Positions 39,225 to 49,144 of a stretch of 64,000 bases of DNA are shown piece by piece (position 1 is the stretch's first letter; each line of letters opens with the position of its first letter). This DNA is from an uncultured Deinococcales bacterium. GTDB taxonomy: Bacteria; Deinococcota; Deinococci; Deinococcales; JAAFIG01. The stretch covers positions 32,001 to 96,000 of the forward strand of contig CAXTTL010000001.1 in the NCBI GenBank assembly GCA_964247135.1, given 5' to 3'. The notes under the pieces were generated by a model. The model ran no database searches and was not told where the DNA came from. It worked only from the letters and a program-made list of their open reading frames with translations. The position numbers were made by a program, and so were the translations under genes.

Positions 39225-39638
39225 TTATGGTGCAACCATTTCAACCATGTCTTCTCGAGTATCGGTGATGACCAATGGGCAAACATGGCACGCATCCGCA
39301 CCAGATTGTGAAAACCATCGGCAATCACTGCGAATCGAACAGTTTGGCAAGGTATCGATCATCGGCAAGACCATTTGCGTTTCACTCGCCATTTCGAGCA
39401 CATGGTCAATCACACCACAACGCGATCCAGTCCATTGATGACATGCACCCTGAGCACATGGGCTGCTGAACCGAAAGCGCTGCTCGGGACGACGACCTTG
39501 CCTGGCACGATCCACAAAATCTTGGTCTATCACCAACCGATCCTCGAGAAACCCCACGCTTCCATCCTCAAGCACCACACCCAACAAGATTGCTCCTGGG
39601 GTGCTGGTGCTGCTTGGGCAGAGGGGCTTGCCGTCCAT
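39225..39638 (-). CDS. Cysteine-rich protein of unknown function (8 Cys)
   Basis: LCPS, CAQGAC, RCG, CSIRSDCRW, CHVCP; its ATG overlaps the upstream stop (TAATG). Confidence 0.8.
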   Translation of the reverse strand: MDGKPLCPSSTSTPGAILLGVVLEDGSVGFLEDRLVIDQDFVDRARQGRRPEQRFRFSSPCAQGACHQWTGSRCGVIDHVLEMASETQMVLPMIDTLPNCSIRSDCRWFSQSGADACHVCPLVITDTREDMVEMVAP

Positions 39639-39892
39639 TAGCCGCGTGGTCCTGGTCCAACATGAAGCTGTGGGACGGTAAACCGTGTGCCAAGCTTATC
39701 AAGCCAGATGCCCAACCATTCTTTTGGAAAGGCGGGTCTGATTTCGTGGTTCAAATCCAGGTGGGCGATTTCACTTAAAACCATTTTTTGAATCCCTGCT
39801 GCGATACGCTTTTTCGCGTCGGCGTGCAATTCCACGCCCTCGAATTTGACGATGAACTCGGTGCCAGTCAGATCAACTTTTGCCTCTGTCAT
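39638..39892 (-). CDS. Small hypothetical protein (84 aa)
   Basis: GAGGTG RBS, ATG, coupled to the Cys-rich gene; contains FPKEWLGIWL. Confidence 0.75.
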   Translation of the reverse strand: MTEAKVDLTGTEFIVKFEGVELHADAKKRIAAGIQKMVLSEIAHLDLNHEIRPAFPKEWLGIWLDKLGTRFTVPQLHVGPGPRG

Positions 39893-40410
39893 GATTCACC
39901 TCGTGCTCCATCCGGATTGGAGAATGCCTACTGTACACCCACGAAGAAATATTGCTGCTAAATACGCAATTCTACCCGTTATGAACGCCAGATTTCGTTC
40001 CAAATATTTGAATCTGGTGCATGAAAGTATGCCATATCACTTTTTTTGGCAACACTCGCCATCAGTGGAATCACCGATTCGATTACCATTGTTACCATTG
40101 TCTTCCAACTTCGCAGGCGCTGAACCGTTTCACTCAATACCAATACAAGCCGAGCGGCATTCTCACTGACCTCGATCACGGCACTGAACGGACAGCAAAT
40201 ACCGAGAACACCACCCCTGCTTAGGCACTCAAGGAAAGTGATTTATGCAAGGAGTCTGAGGTTGGCATTATTTTTAAATCTACCGGATTTTCTTGTTCCC
40301 AACACAAAAACAGTCAATTTTGAGCCTCAGATTTAAATTGGGTGTAATGTGAAACTATATCTTTTAGAAGTATTGCATTTTTGGTTTTAAGGACCTCAAG
40401 ATTCGCCAGG

Positions 40411-40433
40411 GTCACAGTATAGCTCACTGTGAC
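40411..40433. promoter_or_regulatory. Perfect 8-bp inverted repeat upstream of the large cytochrome gene (candidate operator or leader hairpin)
   Basis: GTCACAGT-N7-ACTGTGAC, ending 35 nt before ATG 40469. Confidence 0.4.
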
Positions 40434-40468
40434 GATTGGACCAATTCCCAACCCTAAAGGAGGGTGAT

Positions 40469-43400
40469 ATGAGGCTGAAATTCACTCAGGTTTTGGTGGC
40501 GTTCGCAATCTTGGCGGCACTTGTGTTCGTGCCCAAACCTGGACGTGCACAACCTGGGGCACAAGAACCCGTCTACGCACGAGGTTACGTCTTTGCCCAG
40601 GTGCGTGACCGATTTGAAAAAGCCATCCAGGTGGCGCTGCCCCACGCGGTGGTTTTTTTGGCAAACCCCCAAGACCTCGCCAAACCGCTCGCCTCGAGCA
40701 TCACGGATTTAAGCGGTCACTTTCAACTTCGCGCCGATGACCCTGGCGTTTACATGCTGTGCGTCAAAGCCGAAGGTTTTGCAGACAATTGTGTCCGAAA
40801 AGAATTTCGAGTCTCGAGCGACCTGGGGCATGTCCTGATTCAACCCGTTCAAAGCGATAAAACCGCCGCGATTTACGGTTCGATCAGCTTGAGGCGGGGC
40901 AGGCTGGCACGTGGTTTTGAACCGTTCATGAACGTCAATGCGTTTACCACCATTGAGATGCAGAGCAACCAGGGCAGCTACAAGGGTTTTGTCAACAACC
41001 ACGGCGAGTACATTGTGCCCAACATCCCCAACGCCGAAAAATTTAAATTTCGTGCCAGCATCGAAAACGAAAACCTCGAGCGCGAAATTTTCATGGGTAC
41101 ACTGATTCCCAACCTTGGCTACAAGTTCGATTTTCGTTTTTCCAATTCTGCGCCCACAACCCGTCTGGTCAGCGCCAGCCTGAACAACAAGCTCGTTCAA
41201 CAGGTCGCCCCAGGCAACACCATCACCTTAACCGCCGTCAGCGATGACAGTGACGCCGATTCGCTCGAGTATCGCTGGTTGCTGCCCGAAGGTGGGGGCA
41301 CGGTTGGACCGAACACCACGCCAGAATTAAGCTGGAAAGTGCCCTCGCGCAATGGCTTGTTTACGGTCGTGTCTTTGGTGGGCGACCGGCGCGGTGGCTA
41401 CACCCGCAGCACGATCACGGTTCGTGCCACCAACGGCGGCGTGCCGTTCAACGGTACGGTGGTTGATGCCAACGGCAAACCCGTGGCTGGCGCTCAGGTG
41501 GACGTGAACGGGCGTTTGACCAACAGCGACCTTTCAGGTCATGTCGAACTCGAGGTCCCTGTCGGTGACAAGTACGTGCTCAACATCCGCCAGCCTGGGG
41601 TGAGCGCACCAGGTCAGGCGGCATTTGGCACGGCTTCGTTTGTTTACACCAGCTCGGTGGTCGGCGAGCGCTGGGTCTTGCGGCGCTCTGCGGTGACCAC
41701 TTTTGACCCGACCAAAGCCATCACCTTTCAACACAAACGCGATGAAAAAGACTGTGCCGCCGCCCGTTCACGCTCGAGCCAGATCGATTGGAAACAATAT
41801 TCTCAACCAGGCTTGTTTGAATGGCAAGACGGTCGTGGCAACCCGCAATCCTTGAGCGAGGCAGCCTTCAAAGACCCCAAAGCGGCACGCCAGATCATGC
41901 GTTTGCTCGCCAAATCCAACCCTGTGGTGGCTCGGGTCTTTGCCCAAGCCGCCAAGGTCGAGGGGCAGTTTGAAACCAGCCCAGTGCCGTGTCGCAATGG
42001 CATCAAGGTCGAGATTCCCGCCAACGCCCTCGAGAATCCCAAAACCAAAAAAGCCCCCACAGGTCCAGTGCAAATTGGGCTTTCGACGATTGATCTCAAT
42101 TCGCCAACCCAAATGCCTGGCGATTACAGCGCCCTGGATGGCAACGGCAAACTTGCTGGCATGGCAAGCTTTGGCGCGGGCAGCATTGATGTTGGCGCGG
42201 GCAATCAGCGTTTTAACCTCAAACCAGGCATGACCGCCAAAGTCACGATTCCGGTGGATGGCACGCAACTGACCCCTGGCGCGACCTTGCCCACCAAAAT
42301 TCCGTTCTTGTACTACAACGAACAAACGGGAGTCTGGAAACAGGAGGGCGAGGCTGTGCTGACCGGTTCGGGCGCAAACGCCGCGTATGTCGCCAAAGCC
42401 AAACACTTTTCAACCATGAACGCCGATATCTTAAAAACAGGCGAATCCTGCGTTGCCGTCGAGGTTGATCCAGCCGCAGGGTTCAGTTTCCCACTGAATG
42501 TCGAAGTCAACCTCCAACCCTCGGTCGTGAACCCAACCGCCGTTCAAGTCCGAACCCTGACCATCAACTCGAGCGGCGAGCACAGCGTGATTTACAACCT
42601 GCCCAACAAACAAGACATTGCCCTGACCCCGATCATTCCTGGCGTGCTGCCAGATGGCTCGAGCGGCAATGTGCCCGCCGGAATTTTTGTGGTGAATACT
42701 GGCGGACCACAAACCTCGCCCAGCGCACCGCCGACGCCAAATGCCGATGGCACGTATTACAAAGAAGTGGGTGGCAACCCTGTCGGACCGTGTGGCTCGA
42801 GGGTCACATTGAAAAAATTAAACGGGGCGCAACTTGACCCGCAATACGAATTCTTGCAGGGTTTGTATTTTGAGTCGAGCAACATTACTGAATTTGCGGT
42901 CAGTGACCCGAGCATCTCGAGCGCGATTGAGGCGGGCAGCGACGATTACTATGCGCAATCTGATCCTCGTCAGCAACGCTTGACCCTGGCGCAATTTCAA
43001 GCGTTCAATCGCTTTGGTCAAGCACAAAACCCAGCAACGGGCGAGGTCGAATTCTCGGCGGTCTATGCCAACAGCGGCGATTTGGGTTTTGGACGTGAAA
43101 TGCACTGCCGACGCAACGTGGCAAACGACAGCACCATCGCCACCCCAAAGTTTGATTACGCCTGTTACGTGACCAATTACGGTCAACCGCCACTGTTCCG
43201 CGACGACCAAACGGACGCCGACGAAGCCGCCAAAGGTCCTGTTGCGGGTCATGCCGATGCCACGGTCACCATGGAATACTCGAGGGTCGAAAATGCCCCT
43301 GGCGATCCAATCGAATTTCCTGATAACGAACGCACCGTCAAGTTTTACGCCTACAACACCCTCACCGGCGTGCGGGTCAAAAAAGCTGACCTTGACGGTC

Positions 43401-44428
43401 ATGGCGAACGTCCGATTCCGCAACTGTGCGTGATCTGTCACGGCGGTAAAAGTTCGGATACCGCCGCCGACCCGCTCGACCCAAGCGGTCCGAAAAAAGG
43501 CGCGTACACCGCCCGCAGCGACATGTTCAACAAGAACTCAAAGTTCTTACCGTTTGACCTGCACTACTACAAATTTCCAGCCACCAAACCCAAAGCAACC
43601 CAGCAAAACGACTTCAGAAACCTCAACCTCGAGATCGTGAAGCAGGTGGCGAACGACATTGCACCCAGCAGCCCCATCGGTGAATTGATTGATGCTTGGT
43701 ATCCAGGCGGCGCGGGCGACCAACAGGAAGCCAAAGTGATTGCCGGCTGGGACACGGGCGGGGCGGGCAACCCCAACCATCAGGACAACCAAATGTACCG
43801 CGATGTGTTCGCTCGAGCCTGCCGCACCTGTCATGTGGCGCAGCCTTACAGCGCCCCAAATTACGTGACCGTGGCACAATTCAAAGCCGACATCGGTAAA
43901 ATCCAGAGCCGTATTTGCCGTGAAAAAGTCATGCCCCATGCCCAACGCACCAACGATATTTTCTGGAGCAGCCTGAACCCCAACATGCCAGGATTCTTGG
44001 AAATTTTCGGTCAAGGAACGGGCACTTGGTCAACCGCCCCAAATGACCAGTGCGGCTTGTTCTTCCAACCTGGCAGCGATCCAAAATCGTTCTTTGAAAG
44101 CCAGATTTACCCAATCCTGACCAAGAACTGCCAGTCGTGTCACGGTTCCGTCGGGCTGGCTCAATTTGCCGTGACCACCCCAGCCGCAACCTACAACGCG
44201 CTGCTCAACACCCCAACCAATGCTGGAGGCTCGAGCCGTTACATCGTGCCCAACAACCTTGGCTCGAGCGTCCTGTACCAGCGCATCACAACAGGCGCGG
44301 TCGGTGTGCGAATGCCAAAATTTGGGGCTGACCTGACGACCACCGACACCGATGTACCGCCAGACGGAAAATTGGATGCCAATGAAGTGAAAGACTGGAT
44401 CACCACCTTTAACGCCACTGGACCGTAA
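40469..44428 (+). CDS. Large exported protein (1319 aa): Ig-like/carboxypeptidase-regulatory-like domains plus three c-type heme motifs
   Basis: AAGGAGG RBS, signal peptide MRLKFTQVLVAFAILAAL, GTVVDANGKPVAGAQV beta-domain, CVICH (43427), CRTCH (43820), CQSCH (44129); the last domain resembles planctomycete-type cytochrome c. Confidence 0.85.
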   Translation: MRLKFTQVLVAFAILAALVFVPKPGRAQPGAQEPVYARGYVFAQVRDRFEKAIQVALPHAVVFLANPQDLAKPLASSITDLSGHFQLRADDPGVYMLCVKAEGFADNCVRKEFRVSSDLGHVLIQPVQSDKTAAIYGSISLRRGRLARGFEPFMNVNAFTTIEMQSNQGSYKGFVNNHGEYIVPNIPNAEKFKFRASIENENLEREIFMGTLIPNLGYKFDFRFSNSAPTTRLVSASLNNKLVQQVAPGNTITLTAVSDDSDADSLEYRWLLPEGGGTVGPNTTPELSWKVPSRNGLFTVVSLVGDRRGGYTRSTITVRATNGGVPFNGTVVDANGKPVAGAQVDVNGRLTNSDLSGHVELEVPVGDKYVLNIRQPGVSAPGQAAFGTASFVYTSSVVGERWVLRRSAVTTFDPTKAITFQHKRDEKDCAAARSRSSQIDWKQYSQPGLFEWQDGRGNPQSLSEAAFKDPKAARQIMRLLAKSNPVVARVFAQAAKVEGQFETSPVPCRNGIKVEIPANALENPKTKKAPTGPVQIGLSTIDLNSPTQMPGDYSALDGNGKLAGMASFGAGSIDVGAGNQRFNLKPGMTAKVTIPVDGTQLTPGATLPTKIPFLYYNEQTGVWKQEGEAVLTGSGANAAYVAKAKHFSTMNADILKTGESCVAVEVDPAAGFSFPLNVEVNLQPSVVNPTAVQVRTLTINSSGEHSVIYNLPNKQDIALTPIIPGVLPDGSSGNVPAGIFVVNTGGPQTSPSAPPTPNADGTYYKEVGGNPVGPCGSRVTLKKLNGAQLDPQYEFLQGLYFESSNITEFAVSDPSISSAIEAGSDDYYAQSDPRQQRLTLAQFQAFNRFGQAQNPATGEVEFSAVYANSGDLGFGREMHCRRNVANDSTIATPKFDYACYVTNYGQPPLFRDDQTDADEAAKGPVAGHADATVTMEYSRVENAPGDPIEFPDNERTVKFYAYNTLTGVRVKKADLDGHGERPIPQLCVICHGGKSSDTAADPLDPSGPKKGAYTARSDMFNKNSKFLPFDLHYYKFPATKPKATQQNDFRNLNLEIVKQVANDIAPSSPIGELIDAWYPGGAGDQQEAKVIAGWDTGGAGNPNHQDNQMYRDVFARACRTCHVAQPYSAPNYVTVAQFKADIGKIQSRICREKVMPHAQRTNDIFWSSLNPNMPGFLEIFGQGTGTWSTAPNDQCGLFFQPGSDPKSFFESQIYPILTKNCQSCHGSVGLAQFAVTTPAATYNALLNTPTNAGGSSRYIVPNNLGSSVLYQRITTGAVGVRMPKFGADLTTTDTDVPPDGKLDANEVKDWITTFNATGP

Positions 44429-44489
44429 AGTTTTTCACCAGCACATCACCGAGACGTTCAGCATGGAATTAGACACTGCTCGAGTTCGG

Positions 44490-44510
44490 GTAGGGTGCGC
44501 CATGCGCACC
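44490..44510 (+). repeat. Solo GTAG-type REP variant
   Basis: GTAG + GGTGCGC-CAT-GCGCACC. Confidence 0.7.
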
Positions 44511-44740
44511 ATCCAATACGCGCAATTGGAGCGCTACGAATTTTTCAAGCTTGGAATGTTTTGGTTCATTGGTCGAGGTCAACATACTTTTTAGGGTTCT
44601 CGGTTGAACTGAGTTGAAACCAACAAGATCAGGCACGGTCGCTCGAGGGTTTGATAGCCCTCGAGCGGATGGAGTACGGCTTTTCTCTCAAGCAAATCTC
44701 AAAGCTCGAGCAACATATTTCTCGAGCATCAGGAGAACAT

Positions 44741-47704
44741 ATGCGAAAAATGCGTCCCGTTTTGAAGTTGATGGTTTTGGTTGTTCTGGCTGGAGTGCTT
44801 ACCCTGGCAGATCAAACGGTTCGAGCCGATTTTAACCATGTGACCGACACCAGCAATTTTCTTGCCTTGCCCGTTGCCAGCCTTGATGGCATTTTTCCTC
44901 AACCTTGGGCGTGTGGTGGCGCAGCGCCAAGCCCGCAGAGTGTGGTGCAACTGCACGCCAACTGGCACTGCGCGAATCCAAATCATGTTGGACCCAATTG
45001 GGGCAATCGCTTTTTTGGTTTTCACAAGCAGTTCTTGCTGGCGTATGACCGTTACCTTGCCAGTGTTGGCGAAAGCTTCATTCAAACCTGGGAGGCTGCG
45101 CCAGGCGCATTGATTCCGCCACCGCACCAGGGTCGTCCGGCAAATACGGCTTGCCCAACCTGTCTGGCGTTGCCCAGCCAGTTCAGGTTGCCCGCCGCCG
45201 GAGGCACGCTCGATGCGTTCACGTCTTTGACCGCCATTGGCGATGCCGTCATCAATTGGCACGACACCAACCACGGTCGAATCGCCAATTCTTTTGCCGC
45301 CGCGACCGACATGGGTTCTCCCTCGACCTCACCTCGAGACCCCGTGTTTTACCGCTATCATCATATTTTTGATGATATTCAAGACGCTTGGCGCACCCAT
45401 CAAGCCAACGATATTGCGATTGTTTTTGACCGTTCTGGCAGCATGAACCTGCCTGCGGTTGGTGGCGGCACACGCTTGCAAGCCGCCAAAGATGCCTCCG
45501 CCCTGTTTGCCGATTTGCTCGAGGATGGCAGTGCGCACAAGTTGGGGATGGTTTCGTTTTCGACCACTGCCAGCGCCGTGCCAGACATGCCTTTAACCGC
45601 TGTCGCCAGCGCCAGCTCGAGCATGACCAGCGCACTGGCTTTGATTGCGGCTGGAGGTTCAACCAGCATCGGTGATGGTCTGACCAAAGGGCAAGCCTTG
45701 GTGGCTTCGGGTGCGAATCCGCGCAAAGCCATCTTGTTGCTGACCGACGGCATGGAAAACACCGCACCGCTGATTTCAAGCGCCGCGCCTGGACTGGGCG
45801 ACACGCATGTTTGTTCGGTTGGGCTTGGAACGCCCGGAACTTTGGACGGCGAAAAACTGCAACAACTCAGCGAACGCCAAGGTGGAATTTACATCAGTGG
45901 ACCGAGTGCGCTCGAGTTAAAAAAGTTTTTTGTCTTTTGCTTCGCCGATATTTTCGATACCTTTGTTGGCGCCGACCCAATCCAGACGCTGCCAGCCAAC
46001 CAAATTGCCTCCAAGCCACTGATCCACGGGGCGCTCGACGATCAAAAACTGGTGTTTGTTTTGTCCTGGACACACCCACTGCCAAACGGTGCGCTGCGCT
46101 TGGCAATCACCCGACCAGATGGCACAAGCCTGTCCCTGAATGATCCAAACGTTGAAAGCACCTTCGGTCCAACCTGGCACATTGTGCGCATCAAGAATGT
46201 CTCGAGTGCAGACCGTGACGGGCGCTGGTTGGCTCGAGCCATAAGACCACATCGCGGTTTTATCAACGGTTTTGTTTCCTATCCTTTTCAGGATGACGTT
46301 GCGGGGATCAACCTGATCCGTTCGCAACTGGCTCGTCTTTGCCCCGAGGGTTGCAGGCGCGTGTTGTACTTTGAAGACCCGCACGGTCACGAAACCTTTG
46401 AAGAGCACCTGAGCATTTACGATGCTGCCATCTTCACTGAGGCTGGACGCAGCATCGGCACGGTTGAGGTTGAAAACGACCCCAAAGCCTTTGCCGAAAA
46501 ACTGGCGCAAGGTGGGCAAGATTACGACCTGATCGTCTCGAGCGTCAGTCATGAAAACAAAGACCAGCCTTTTGATGCGCCGCTGGCAAAATTGTTGTGC
46601 TTTGCCCAGGGACCAAAATTTATTGTGGCGGACAACCGAGAAACCGCTGGCGCCCAAGCGATCTTGCGTTGCGCGGGGGCAATTCGAGCGGGCAAGACCA
46701 ACCTCAAAACCCTGAACTTGGACGGGCAATTGGCGGCTGGAAAATTGCTGTTCCGCACCCCAATGAACATGCCAGGAATGTCCGCCGACAGTTACGAATT
46801 AAAACCAAGTCTTGAGACCAACATCGTTCAGGGCGTCAGCGAACTTGGTGGTGCGTTGATCGTGGCACGTCCGAGCAGCGACATCAAACCCCAAGACGAA
46901 CCCTACTTCATGACCTCGTTGACCCGCGCCACAGCTCGAGTTTTACCCTTTGCCTACCGCAGCAATTATTACACCGGCGAATCCCTGCATCCGACCTTTC
47001 ACATTCCCGTGTCGTACTGGTCGGCTGCTGGTTACGATTCGATCAAAGCCAGCGTGCGGGTCACACGACCAACTTTGAGCTTGAATGCGTTGGTGGCAAA
47101 GAACGGCGCGAAAGAACCACAAAACCTTCAGGGCGATACTTTAAGTCCACGCCAAGCCACGATTGCCAGGCTTGATCCAAACGGCACTGGAAAACTGATT
47201 CCCACCGAAACCAAACGCTTTGCCCTGAACGACGATGCCACCAATGGCGATGGCACCGCCAACGACCATTACTGGGAGGTCGCCCTGCCAGCCAATTTGA
47301 CCCAGTTTGACGGGCAGTACGTTTTTCACGCGGTCTTTGAATTGTGCCGTGCCAAAGCTTGCGTCACTCGAGAGGCGGAACAAACCGTCAACGTCCAGAC
47401 CAAAGTTTCGCCCAGCAAAACCAAAGTCAGCCTCGAGAAACTCATTGTTGCAGGCAATGCCCGCAACTTTACACGGGTGCTTGTAACCCCAGTGGACAAT
47501 GCGGGCAGTCCACTGGGACCAGGGCTGCTGGATCGTTTGATTCTGACCCCTCAGGGCGATGCCAAACTCGAGCGCAGCGGCGATGTTGACGGTCGCGGGA
47601 CGTATGAAATTGTGGTCAGTTGGACGAATACCAACGGCGCACCAAAACTGGTCATTGCACAATTTGGACGACCCAAAGAAACCATTGTGCTGACACTCAA
47701 ATAA
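44741..47704 (+). CDS. Exported type-3 copper (hemocyanin/tyrosinase-like) domain plus vWA domain protein (987 aa)
   Basis: AGGAG RBS, signal peptide, CuA LHANWH...FFGFH, CuB WHDTNH...RDPVFYRYH, vWA MIDAS FDRSGS, LLLTDG. Confidence 0.85.
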   Translation: MRKMRPVLKLMVLVVLAGVLTLADQTVRADFNHVTDTSNFLALPVASLDGIFPQPWACGGAAPSPQSVVQLHANWHCANPNHVGPNWGNRFFGFHKQFLLAYDRYLASVGESFIQTWEAAPGALIPPPHQGRPANTACPTCLALPSQFRLPAAGGTLDAFTSLTAIGDAVINWHDTNHGRIANSFAAATDMGSPSTSPRDPVFYRYHHIFDDIQDAWRTHQANDIAIVFDRSGSMNLPAVGGGTRLQAAKDASALFADLLEDGSAHKLGMVSFSTTASAVPDMPLTAVASASSSMTSALALIAAGGSTSIGDGLTKGQALVASGANPRKAILLLTDGMENTAPLISSAAPGLGDTHVCSVGLGTPGTLDGEKLQQLSERQGGIYISGPSALELKKFFVFCFADIFDTFVGADPIQTLPANQIASKPLIHGALDDQKLVFVLSWTHPLPNGALRLAITRPDGTSLSLNDPNVESTFGPTWHIVRIKNVSSADRDGRWLARAIRPHRGFINGFVSYPFQDDVAGINLIRSQLARLCPEGCRRVLYFEDPHGHETFEEHLSIYDAAIFTEAGRSIGTVEVENDPKAFAEKLAQGGQDYDLIVSSVSHENKDQPFDAPLAKLLCFAQGPKFIVADNRETAGAQAILRCAGAIRAGKTNLKTLNLDGQLAAGKLLFRTPMNMPGMSADSYELKPSLETNIVQGVSELGGALIVARPSSDIKPQDEPYFMTSLTRATARVLPFAYRSNYYTGESLHPTFHIPVSYWSAAGYDSIKASVRVTRPTLSLNALVAKNGAKEPQNLQGDTLSPRQATIARLDPNGTGKLIPTETKRFALNDDATNGDGTANDHYWEVALPANLTQFDGQYVFHAVFELCRAKACVTREAEQTVNVQTKVSPSKTKVSLEKLIVAGNARNFTRVLVTPVDNAGSPLGPGLLDRLILTPQGDAKLERSGDVDGRGTYEIVVSWTNTNGAPKLVIAQFGRPKETIVLTLK

Positions 47705-47742
47705 GCGCAACATCGTTAGCCACCAGCTCCACTGCCTTGTTG

Positions 47743-47847
47743 AAGAGCAGGATGCACAATCCCCTGACAATGCCGCGTTTCATCCTCGAGGTGGAGAAAC
47801 ACCAATCCCCTGGCGATTTCTGGATGCTGCCGAACCGCCAACACAAC
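47743..47847 (-). pseudogene. dnaE2: Relic of the C-terminal OB-fold of error-prone DNA polymerase DnaE2/ImuC
   Basis: VLAVRQHPEIARGLVFLHLEDET...IVHP resembles the DnaE2 signature [21 protein letters not shown]...IVWP; the rest of the gene is absent. Confidence 0.6.
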
Positions 47848-48067
47848 CTTGAAATGCCAACGTGCCATAAGTGTAGCTAAAAACGTGTCTCGAGCACTGC
47901 GCCAGACCACTGGCATCCGAAACTTACTTTACAAGAGTTCTTCACCATATGAGTTGTTCTCGAGCATCAGCCCAAATTCCACAGCGATGGACTGGTGGGT
48001 TGTGCTCGAGAAACTGACCAATCACCGAGACAGTGAAGCCATTTTAAACAAAAAACAACTTCATCCT

Positions 48068-49144
48068 TCAATCAAATTCAACCATCACCTTCATCGAGGT
48101 TTTCTTTTCCTTGTCCGCAAACTCGAGCGCCTGATGCGCCTGCTCCAAGCCAAAACGGTGCGTAATCATGGCGTCCAGATTCACGCGGTTTTGCGCCACC
48201 AACTCGAGCGCGGCGGGGTAACAATTGGCGTAACGAAACTGTCCGCGAATGTCCACCTCTCGAGACGCAGCAGCAACAATATCGAGCGACACGAGTGGGT
48301 CGGCGGGCAAGCCGACCAGAATCGCCACCCCACCAGATCGTGTGGCTTCAATCGACATACGGCAGGTGGGCAGCGAACCAGCCGTTTCAAAGGCGGCATC
48401 CACACCTGCACTCGAGCCTATCAAACCCGTTAAGGGCGAGGTGATGGCGCGAATTTGCTCGAGCACATTTGGGTCGCGTCCGTTGATGGTGTGCGTCGCC
48501 CCCAGTTGTTTTGCCAAATCCAACCGAAACGGCTCGAGGTCAACCGCAATGATGGTGGTCGCGCCTGCGGCTTTGGCGGCTTGCAAGGTGGTGCAACCGA
48601 TGGGTCCCGCGCCAAACACTGCCACACTTGCGCCCATGCCGATTTGGGCGCGTTGTACCGCCCAGACGCCCACAGCCAGAGGCTCGAGAAGCGCGGCGGC
48701 ATCGAGGCTCATGCTGTCAGGAATTTTGAAGGCGAAGTCAGATGGCCACGCGACGTATTCGGCAAATGCGCCGTCCACGGGTGGGGTTGCCATGAAGGTG
48801 ATGTCTGGGCAGAGGTTGTAGCGCCCACGTTTGCAGTGGTAACACCTTCGGCACGGATACCCTGGCTCGAGACTGACCCGATCACCGACTTTTAAATGCG
48901 TGACCTCGCTTCCGACGGCGGCAACCACACCCGCCGATTCGTGTCCGAGCACAATGGGTTTTTCGACCACATAACGCCCAATGTGCCCGTCGGTAAAATA
49001 ATGCACATCGCTGCCGCACACCCCAACGCGCTGGATTTTCACCAACACGTCCTGGGCTTTGGGTGTTGGCACGCTCCAAGTCTCAAGGCGAACATCACGA
49101 ATGCCGTGCATCACGGCGACGCGCATGGTTTGGGGAATTACCAC
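48068..49144 (-). CDS. Zinc-dependent polyol dehydrogenase (sorbitol/xylitol DH-like)
   Basis: [49 protein letters not shown]. Confidence 0.92.
   Translation of the reverse strand: MVIPQTMRVAVMHGIRDVRLETWSVPTPKAQDVLVKIQRVGVCGSDVHYFTDGHIGRYVVEKPIVLGHESAGVVAAVGSEVTHLKVGDRVSLEPGYPCRRCYHCKRGRYNLCPDITFMATPPVDGAFAEYVAWPSDFAFKIPDSMSLDAAALLEPLAVGVWAVQRAQIGMGASVAVFGAGPIGCTTLQAAKAAGATTIIAVDLEPFRLDLAKQLGATHTINGRDPNVLEQIRAITSPLTGLIGSSAGVDAAFETAGSLPTCRMSIEATRSGGVAILVGLPADPLVSLDIVAAASREVDIRGQFRYANCYPAALELVAQNRVNLDAMITHRFGLEQAHQALEFADKEKKTSMKVMVEFD

Noticed and set aside
39979-40179. 66-aa ORF in the spacer of the accessory block
   Set aside because: No convincing RBS or motif; cannot be distinguished from a chance ORF
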